Positions 32,372 through 39,654 of a DNA stretch of 64,000 nt are shown here, piece after piece. The position numbers and the translations under genes are program-made. Source of the stretch: Candidatus Micrarchaeota archaeon (GTDB lineage Archaea > Micrarchaeota > Micrarchaeia > Micrarchaeales > Micrarchaeaceae); NCBI GenBank assembly GCA_021827525.1, contig JAKAVJ010000013.1:9191-73190 (forward strand), in the 5' to 3' direction. The notes below the pieces were generated by a model that saw only the letters and a program-made list of their open reading frames with translations, made no database searches and was not told where the DNA came from. Numbering within the stretch: the first letter of the stretch is position 1; every line of letters begins with the position of its first letter.

Positions 32372-34783
32372 TCACGTTAATATGTACGCATCGGGATTAT
32401 CGGCATCCAGCAGTTTTACCTGCCCTGCAGATATGTATATCCTTAGTTGTTCTGCCTCTGTGGAGAATGCCTTCGCCAGCGTATCCTTGAAGTTCATCAG
32501 TGCCTCAGAGTTAAGGAACGCCAGATACGTCTGCGCACCTGCGTACACGGGCAGATTTTTAAACTTGCTTGTGAGCGAATATATGACTACATAGACATGC
32601 TCACCGTTTATTGTAGCGGTCAGATCGGCTGATGTGCTTGCATCTATATCAGTGAATAAGAAGGCGTGAGTCACGAGCCACATCCTCAATTTCTTGAACG
32701 TTGCAAGGTACTGCATGTCGTGGCCGCTCTTGCTCAACCAGTCCTTAGGCGCGTAGAGTTCATCTAGACCGACAACATAGCCTGCGTTCATCAGTTGGTC
32801 GAGTATAACTTCAATATTGCTGTAGGTGAGCGAAACGGGTATGCCGTTGCTTCTTATGTTGTTGGCTATCGCTATCTTTATCTCATCCTTTGACAACGGC
32901 ATGTAGCGCCAGCGATAATACGCATTCAGCTTGTCGAAGGTGCTTACCACGTCGCGGGCCTTTAGCTTTATGTCCACGATGTTCTGCTTCGGCATTGCGG
33001 GTATGTCTATGTAGAATTCATCCCTGATTGGAGCCTTTACTACAGTAACGAGCAGGATCACCACTATAAGCACAACTATCAGGTCTATGTCCCTGCCGCT
33101 TATGGTTATCGATATCGGCTTGTTTGTCAAGGCGTATGTGAAGTTCTCAGACAGCATCTTTATGCTGAAGTTAAGTGTACCGAAGATCTCTGGCGTGCCC
33201 TTAGGCAACGTGTAGGTTATGGCGCCATTGCTTATCACGCCGCTCTGTGGATATTTACCGTTAAGCGTTATATTGTAGCTTACCCCGGATATAGGAAGCC
33301 CTGCGGACCTTATACCTAGTATGAACGAATTGCCAGAGAAGTTGGCAACAGGTGATGTTATGTTTATCGGCGGTACAGATATGTATGATGACGCGTAATC
33401 GGAGCCAGAAGCCCCTTGGAGCGAGACTACGTATTGTCCAGGTGGGAAGCTCACGTTTATCGTTTTTATGAACGTGAAGTTGCCAGAGGCAGAGACGAAC
33501 GGCACTACGACCGTCTGCACTTCTGCTCCCGTATTGTTGTAGACGGATATATGCGGCTCGATATAGACCTGCTTGGCTGAATGTGTGTATACTGTCATTG
33601 TAGTGGGTATTGTTTGCCCAGGTATTACGAAATCGGGCATAGCCATGCTGCCATTCAGCTGATATCGAGGCATATAGTTTAAGTAGTAGAATAGGCTATT
33701 GTTGCGTGCCATGAAGCTGCTGTTTTGGTACAGTATGATGCGGGCGAAGCTGCTGTTCAGCACGTTGGTTACGTTGCCTGATGCCAGTATGCCCGTATTG
33801 TTGAGCGCTAGTCCTATCAAGCCTCCTGAATTTGATATGCTCGCTACTCTTACACTTCCATATCCTGTAGCGTATTTGGGCACCCAGAAGTCCTCAGATA
33901 TCGCCTTGGCTATTCCTTCTGAAAGATTTTCCGGTGAGGCTGAATCGGGATAGTTTGAAAACGCGATTATAGAGCCGTTATAGTAATTCACATATGTGAG
34001 TCCGCCGTAAGTGTTACCTATAGCGAAGCTGAACGTAGTATTGTAGAAGAAGAAGTTCTCCATCGGTCTTGAATAGTACAGCTTTGCCAACGATGCATTG
34101 TATGCACGGGAATTTGTAGTCAGGTATGTCGGGAAATAGGAATTTGGCAGCACAATGGATCCAGAACCCACCACATCGCCAAAGTTCTTGCCTACGTATA
34201 TTATGCTCTCGCCTTTGTTAAGCAGGTGATCCAGCTGCGAATAATTCGACGTGTTGTTGATTGGTAATAGGAGCTGCTGAGGAAGCAGACCGCTGAGGAC
34301 TATCAGCACCGAATCATTCGGCATCGAGCTAATGCCGCTCAGCCCTACTGTGCTTATGCCTGACGGGCTGCTTATGATTCCGTACTTCTCCAAGTAGGCG
34401 GTAAGATCGCGCACTATTATGCTGTCGTTTGAGCAACTTATGCATTCGTTAGGAAGCGAAAGCAGGTATATGCCCGCAGGGGGGTGCTGCTTGTAAAGCG
34501 TTGCGTTTATGTAAACATAGGAAATGTTTTTAGTAGAATAGTCAAGCATGAAGTACGGAACCAGCGATGCACCGCTGTCGTAGTACAATAGATTGGACCC
34601 CGTGATGTATGCCGTGATATTGGGTATAAGAGTCACGACCTTTGTTGGAGGAGGCAAGGCGCGGAACAGGCTCGTAAGCTGCAGATATGCGTATAGGAAC
34701 ACCGCAGCTATGGCAATTACTATTACCAGTATTAGCAGTATTAGGAACTTTGATCTCTTGCCTTTCTGTCCCATATCAATCAA
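32372..34783 (-). CDS. Large bitopic envelope glycoprotein: N-terminal anchor, ~540-aa sequon-rich ectodomain, second TM, ~210-aa cytoplasmic domain
   Basis: TM1 FLILLILVIVIAIAAVFLYAY and TM2 IDLIVVLIVVILLVTVV. More than 25 N-x-S/T sequons in between. AAGGAGAG lies about 10 nt before the ATG. Last co-directional gene of the cluster. Confidence 0.6.
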   Translation of the reverse strand: MIDMGQKGKRSKFLILLILVIVIAIAAVFLYAYLQLTSLFRALPPPTKVVTLIPNITAYITGSNLLYYDSGASLVPYFMLDYSTKNISYVYINATLYKQHPPAGIYLLSLPNECISCSNDSIIVRDLTAYLEKYGIISSPSGISTVGLSGISSMPNDSVLIVLSGLLPQQLLLPINNTSNYSQLDHLLNKGESIIYVGKNFGDVVGSGSIVLPNSYFPTYLTTNSRAYNASLAKLYYSRPMENFFFYNTTFSFAIGNTYGGLTYVNYYNGSIIAFSNYPDSASPENLSEGIAKAISEDFWVPKYATGYGSVRVASISNSGGLIGLALNNTGILASGNVTNVLNSSFARIILYQNSSFMARNNSLFYYLNYMPRYQLNGSMAMPDFVIPGQTIPTTMTVYTHSAKQVYIEPHISVYNNTGAEVQTVVVPFVSASGNFTFIKTINVSFPPGQYVVSLQGASGSDYASSYISVPPINITSPVANFSGNSFILGIRSAGLPISGVSYNITLNGKYPQSGVISNGAITYTLPKGTPEIFGTLNFSIKMLSENFTYALTNKPISITISGRDIDLIVVLIVVILLVTVVKAPIRDEFYIDIPAMPKQNIVDIKLKARDVVSTFDKLNAYYRWRYMPLSKDEIKIAIANNIRSNGIPVSLTYSNIEVILDQLMNAGYVVGLDELYAPKDWLSKSGHDMQYLATFKKLRMWLVTHAFLFTDIDASTSADLTATINGEHVYVVIYSLTSKFKNLPVYAGAQTYLAFLNSEALMNFKDTLAKAFSTEAEQLRIYISAGQVKLLDADNPDAYILT

Positions 34784-34920
34784 CTCTCCTTAGGCTTCTT
34801 GACAAGGAGTTTCATGAACAGTTTCGTCAATGGGTTTGTGTTTTGGCCTATGCGCTTGACTATCGTATATACGCGTATGTACCTCACTCTCTTATTTATC
34901 CTGACAGAATATATCATCAG

Positions 34921-35652
34921 CTATCCCTTTACTTCTATATATCCCAACGAGACCATCTTGTTCAGTATCTGCTCCACGCGGGGCGGAACGACCTTGTAGT
35001 TCTTTGAGAACTCGTTTACGTCTATGGTGCTCTCATGCGACTCTATCCAGTCCTCTATCAGCGCCATGAGCGATTCGTCGGAATAGCTCTCCAATGCGTC
35101 TAGCCTGCGCTTCATGTCGTCGTTATCTGACTTGAGCTGCGCTGCAGATGCAGTAAGATTCTTGTTCGAATTGGTGAGCTCTATGTTGAGCCTCCTCAGC
35201 TCCCTGTGCTCAGTAAGCAGCGCTTCGTAATTGTTAAACAGCGCGCTGTAGTTTTGCGACAGCGAATTGATAACGTCGTCTATCGCTGAATCCAGGTATT
35301 GGAACAGCTCGGTCTGGTTTACCTCGTACTGGTCCGTTATCAGTGACAGTATGCTTATCAAATTCCTGAGGACGTAAAGCTTGCGCATCTTGCTGCTCGT
35401 GTCCTTTGGTATAGAGTACTGCACGGATACGCCGCTCTGCGACATAGTAATTATGAAGAACAGGAAGGGTCTTTTCTGTATGTCACGGCTCTCTATCCTG
35501 AATAGCACTAGGCTGTTCTGCATTACCGATATGTAAAATACCTGCAGCGAGGTCAGCCTCGTAGATATGGCTTCGAAGCTGCCCTTCAGGGTAGCGCTAA
35601 TCTGGAATGAATCAACATCTGGTTCAGTGATGCCTATATTTTCCTCAGTCAT
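34921..35652 (-). CDS. Soluble coiled-coil protein with C-terminal wHTH-like module (cluster-associated)
   Basis: Heptad-rich segment LTEHRELRRLNIELTNSNKNLTASAAQLKSDNDDMKRRLDALE. C-terminal VPPRVEQILNKMVSLGYIEVKG. Confidence 0.55.
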   Translation of the reverse strand: MTEENIGITEPDVDSFQISATLKGSFEAISTRLTSLQVFYISVMQNSLVLFRIESRDIQKRPFLFFIITMSQSGVSVQYSIPKDTSSKMRKLYVLRNLISILSLITDQYEVNQTELFQYLDSAIDDVINSLSQNYSALFNNYEALLTEHRELRRLNIELTNSNKNLTASAAQLKSDNDDMKRRLDALESYSDESLMALIEDWIESHESTIDVNEFSKNYKVVPPRVEQILNKMVSLGYIEVKG

Positions 35653-35696
35653 GGACTCACAACACTATCGTGTTTTAAATTATTAAAGCTGATGTA

Positions 35697-36107
35697 TCAT
35701 TTGCTAAGGCGCTTTGGCCTATCCTTCTCTGCTTTATGTTTCTGGATGCTCAGCGCAGGTATATAGCTTGCTAGTGACAGCGCATACATGAATACTATCA
35801 CTGCGAAGCCGTACAGCAGGGATATAGGATTGCCATGGGAGCTGAAGAAAAGAGCCAGCGTGAACAGCACACCTATTATTACGTAGGTTATCTGCTTGCG
35901 CACATACTTGTCGCGCTGCTTGCTGTATTTCAAGTAGCAGTCTTTGCATACTACTAGCCTGTAGTTGCGGTATTTATGGAATATTTTCCTATTGACCCAC
36001 CTTATCGCAGCAATCACATAATCCTCCTTTACGGGAAGACCTTCCTTCGCTTCGCCACATATTATGCACCTCGGCTCGGTTTTCTTGTCTTTGTTCGCCA
36101 TGTACAT
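35697..36107 (-). CDS. Zinc-ribbon membrane protein (cluster-associated)
   Basis: CIICGE...VCKDCY four-Cys ribbon followed by two TM helices. Its start overlaps the upstream stop by 1 nt. Confidence 0.55.
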   Translation of the reverse strand: MYMANKDKKTEPRCIICGEAKEGLPVKEDYVIAAIRWVNRKIFHKYRNYRLVVCKDCYLKYSKQRDKYVRKQITYVIIGVLFTLALFFSSHGNPISLLYGFAVIVFMYALSLASYIPALSIQKHKAEKDRPKRLSK

Positions 36108-36415
36108 CAGTCCAAGTCTATCGAGGCGTTATATACCCTCCCTGTCTCGGCGCTGCTCTTCTGCTCGTCAATCATCTCAATCGCTTGGCTTATTGTTATG
36201 TCATCCATTCCAATCCTCCTGAAGACGTTCTTCATCTTGTCACGCGTCAGGCCGCTCTTCTCTAGCATAGATGCGAAGGTTATGACATTTATGTGCCTGT
36301 GGGATTTCTCCATGGATGCGAGGAGCGCCGTTATGTTCTTCTCGCTGACACCAAAGGCTACAAGTATCCTCCTGAGCTCTATCCTGCCCACTATCAGCGT
36401 ATTTTTATCAGCCAT
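36107..36415 (-). CDS. Small soluble helical protein carrying the same short module as the ATPase C-terminal tail
   Basis: LEKSGLTRDKMKNVFRRIGMDDITISQAIEMI aligns by eye with the ATPase tail LEDAGMPTSEMVMFLKSMGIEDTMISRIMTYA. Overlaps the ATPase gene by 8 nt. Confidence 0.55.
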   Translation of the reverse strand: MADKNTLIVGRIELRRILVAFGVSEKNITALLASMEKSHRHINVITFASMLEKSGLTRDKMKNVFRRIGMDDITISQAIEMIDEQKSSAETGRVYNASIDLD

Positions 36416-37922
36416 TCTTACCAGCGTACGTCATTATTCTGCTTATCATCGTGTCTTCTATGCCCATGCTCTTGAGGAACATGACCATCTCTGAGGTTGG
36501 CATGCCTGCGTCCTCCAACGCTGACATAAGCTCAGACACCTTCATCGTCCTCTGCTGAGCGTCGAACTTTCCCATTATGCTGTCGATATTGTCCGAGCTG
36601 ACATTATAGTCTATGAGCTTGTTCCTGAGCTCATCCTTTTCGAACTGGTAGTTCCTCTGGACAACGTTGGCAGAGAGCTCAGCCCTAGTCAGCACGTCAG
36701 TAAGGTCTATAGTATATACATAAAGGGGCTCTTCGCCCTGTATCCTCTCCAGTATGAACGTCTCGGGGAACCTGAGCGATGTCTGGAACGCCATCTCTAC
36801 CGCAGCCTGCCCTACACCGAACTTCGTTATCTCGGACCGTATGAAATCGGAGAAGTTGAGGGAGCCCTGTATATAGTTTATGAACTTCTCGAACTTTATC
36901 CTCATTATAAAAGTAGTGCCGACGTTTGAGAATATTGCTTCATTTATGTCTGTCGGGTTCTGCGATGCCACTATTAGACCGAACTGGTACTTTCTTCCCT
37001 CCCTGACTATCATTATGGCGTCGCTCTTCTCATCGCTCGCGACTTTCCAGGCCTCATCTAGCACAACCATTGTCTTCAGCCCCTTGCTCTCACTCCATCC
37101 TTCGAAGCGCATGCGTTCCTTAAGCGTCTGCAGTATGAACAGCGCCGCAAGGGCCCTGAAGCGCTCATCCGGCAGGCCGGATAAATCTATGTCCACTAGA
37201 CCTGAGCCCGCAAGCTTTTCCAGGTCTATGGTGCTCTTCCTTGCAAAGTAGTCCTCGCCCTCCCGTGCGAATTGCCTAAGCCTGTATATGGTGTTCTCAA
37301 GCTCTGCAGGATACTCATACGTTCCATCCTGCAGCTTCTCCTCGAGAAGCGCTATCACATCCTTCAGCGTTGGCACCTCTATTCCAGGCAGCGGTGGCTC
37401 AGAAACGTTGAAGCCCTTATTGGTGTACGATTGTTCTATTGCCTCTTCTGTAAGCCTCTTCTGCTCTGGGAATTCGGATATGTCCGTGAGCAAATCTAGA
37501 GAGTTCATTATCTGCTTGGTCCTGTCTAGGGGCTTCATGCCTGATAGGTCAAGCAGGTTTATGAAATCGCCCCGGCCAAGCGAGACTATGGTGCCGCCGC
37601 TCTGTTTGACCCATGGCTTATATTCCGCGGCCCAGTCTATTATAACGGCACTGGTTCCCCAGACATAGTATGCACGAATGAGGAATGTCTTAATGAAGTA
37701 GCTTTTCCCTGAGCCGGTTATGCCCACTATAGCCATATGCGGATTCGTGAGGTTGGCGTAAGTCCATGCAAATGGTACATGAAACATCTTAGTAGTGCCT
37801 ATGTAGACGGTCTTCTGCGGATCGCCTACGAGAACTGATGATGGAGGCTCTGGGGGCCTTGATATGAACGCCCTCTTCGCTATCTCGTTGCTCATTATAT
37901 TCTGGAATCTTACCAATGTCAT
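36408..37922 (-). CDS. VirB4/TrbE/HerA-type (FtsK-HerA superfamily) secretion or translocation ATPase
   Basis: Walker A IVGITGSGKSYF, then IIDWAAEY and FINLLDL (VirB4-like 'iNPld' position), Walker B MVVLDEAWKV, and REGRKYQFGLIVASQNPTD. Confidence 0.8.
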   Translation of the reverse strand: MTLVRFQNIMSNEIAKRAFISRPPEPPSSVLVGDPQKTVYIGTTKMFHVPFAWTYANLTNPHMAIVGITGSGKSYFIKTFLIRAYYVWGTSAVIIDWAAEYKPWVKQSGGTIVSLGRGDFINLLDLSGMKPLDRTKQIMNSLDLLTDISEFPEQKRLTEEAIEQSYTNKGFNVSEPPLPGIEVPTLKDVIALLEEKLQDGTYEYPAELENTIYRLRQFAREGEDYFARKSTIDLEKLAGSGLVDIDLSGLPDERFRALAALFILQTLKERMRFEGWSESKGLKTMVVLDEAWKVASDEKSDAIMIVREGRKYQFGLIVASQNPTDINEAIFSNVGTTFIMRIKFEKFINYIQGSLNFSDFIRSEITKFGVGQAAVEMAFQTSLRFPETFILERIQGEEPLYVYTIDLTDVLTRAELSANVVQRNYQFEKDELRNKLIDYNVSSDNIDSIMGKFDAQQRTMKVSELMSALEDAGMPTSEMVMFLKSMGIEDTMISRIMTYAGKNG

Positions 37923-37926
37923 AACA

Positions 37927-38760
37927 TCATCCCTGCATGTCGAAGTTAGAGGCTATCTCGTTATACTGGGTAGGCAGCGAGAAATTGAAATTGAATATCG
38001 AATATAGCTCCCTGCCCACTATCTTTATTATCTGGATATCCAACGAGCTCAGCGCAACCTGCAGACGCGCTTCCTGCGCAGCAAGGTTGTCCAGGGCAGA
38101 TTTCTCAGTAACACCCACACCGACCGTCTCTATGTACATTATCGTCGATATAGGCTTCTCGCCCTGAGCTATCCTGTCCATCTGCGTCTGTATTATGCTC
38201 TGCTTCCTCTGAAGCTCTTCCATTGCGGTATCTGTCTGCTTGCCGCTTTGCGCAAGGCGCGCCATTTGGAACTCTATGTATCCTCTCTTGCCCTCGAGCG
38301 CATCGCGGGCCTTCTGCACGTCCCTGCCGCAGGAGAGCACGTGGAACTTGAAAGGAAAGTCTATGCCGCTAACCGCTCTCTCCCACCTGTCCGGCGCCTC
38401 TGCTATCCTTGAATCGACGTCTTCTTCTGGGTTCTCAGCCTTGAACGTGTACGCGAACAGGTTGGCCGTGAGGTAACCTATAGCGTAGTGTATTCCGCCT
38501 ACACTCTTCACTATTGCATCCTGCGACTTCACTATCTTATAATCCTTCATCGGCTGGAAAGTTATGCCCAGCATCCTTGATACTGCAGGAAATACGATGA
38601 AGTCTATCCAGTTGAGCATGAGTATAAGAACGACTGCTATCAGCAGTATTATTACGGCTATGATCCTGTATATCCCTGGACCGAAGTGAGGCAGGAAAGA
38701 GAAGGTTATCAGCACTATAACCAAGCTGAACGTAAGATATATTATCCCGGTAGAATCCAT
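37927..38760 (-). CDS. Bitopic membrane protein (2 N-terminal TM plus ~200-aa cytoplasmic domain), paralogue A; VirB3/VirB4-N-terminal-domain-like by architecture
   Basis: 277 aa. Same length and layout as the adjacent gene. 4 nt upstream of the ATPase gene. Confidence 0.6.
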   Translation of the reverse strand: MDSTGIIYLTFSLVIVLITFSFLPHFGPGIYRIIAVIILLIAVVLILMLNWIDFIVFPAVSRMLGITFQPMKDYKIVKSQDAIVKSVGGIHYAIGYLTANLFAYTFKAENPEEDVDSRIAEAPDRWERAVSGIDFPFKFHVLSCGRDVQKARDALEGKRGYIEFQMARLAQSGKQTDTAMEELQRKQSIIQTQMDRIAQGEKPISTIMYIETVGVGVTEKSALDNLAAQEARLQVALSSLDIQIIKIVGRELYSIFNFNFSLPTQYNEIASNFDMQG

Positions 38761-39593
38761 TATATCACTTCCTCCTCTATGTTCTTGTTTATCTGCGCGC
38801 TTATAGTTGTCACGGGTATCATGTGCTCAGGCTCAACGAACTTCAGTATCTCCTCGCCGGTCACTATTGTGGGTGTCACGCCGAATGTGGTGCTCACCCC
38901 TGATATCACATCGCGGGCCTTCTGCTGCACAGCGCTCACAGCCTCGTACTCCTTGGTGCCTGTAGCTGATATGCTGGCATACGTGACTAGCTCTAGGGAT
39001 GTGCCCTTGCTTATAGTATCCAGCATGTTCCTCCACATGGCTATCTTGCCCTTCGCGCGCTCTATCTCGACCGCTGGCGCACTCCTCTGGCTGAGCTCCT
39101 CTGCTGCGTTCTCCGCAGCGTTGACATTGTCCCGTATCGTCTGCAGATATGCATCCTTATCCATCACGTACATCTGCGTAGAGTATCTTACCGGATCCTT
39201 GCTTATGCCAACCAGCCTGCTGACCTGATTGGCAAACTCAAGCTTTTCCTCTGGCTGCATCTCAGTTGCAGATCGGTATATTGGTATGGTCACATATACC
39301 GTAGCTATGAATGTGTCCTTGACTTTGCGTATTATCGAATCTGCAGAAGCGGAGAGCCAGTATGTGTTCTCTTTGTCGAGCATTATGTGCTTGCTCCTCT
39401 GCTTTACCATAGGTATTATTAGATATGAATAGTACCTTGATGCGAAAGCCAGGACTACGAAAAACATCGCGACCATAAGCAGAACAAGCTTGGCAAAATA
39501 TGGGAATATTGCGAGAGGCAGCTCTATTGCAGCTGCAAGCACTATTATTGAGGCGAATAGTAACCCTAGAAATATGAATATCTTATTGTCCAT
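38760..39593 (-). CDS. Bitopic membrane protein, paralogue B of 37927..38760
   Basis: 277 aa. Two N-terminal TM helices, then a soluble domain with the same order of segments (beta-rich, then a helical coiled region). 1-nt overlap with paralogue A. Confidence 0.6.
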   Translation of the reverse strand: MDNKIFIFLGLLFASIIVLAAAIELPLAIFPYFAKLVLLMVAMFFVVLAFASRYYSYLIIPMVKQRSKHIMLDKENTYWLSASADSIIRKVKDTFIATVYVTIPIYRSATEMQPEEKLEFANQVSRLVGISKDPVRYSTQMYVMDKDAYLQTIRDNVNAAENAAEELSQRSAPAVEIERAKGKIAMWRNMLDTISKGTSLELVTYASISATGTKEYEAVSAVQQKARDVISGVSTTFGVTPTIVTGEEILKFVEPEHMIPVTTISAQINKNIEEEVI

Positions 39594-39654
39594 TTCAAAC
39601 CTTCCTGCTGCCGGATCCCTAGAGACCCTTTCGTAACCTTTTATCTATTTTAAC

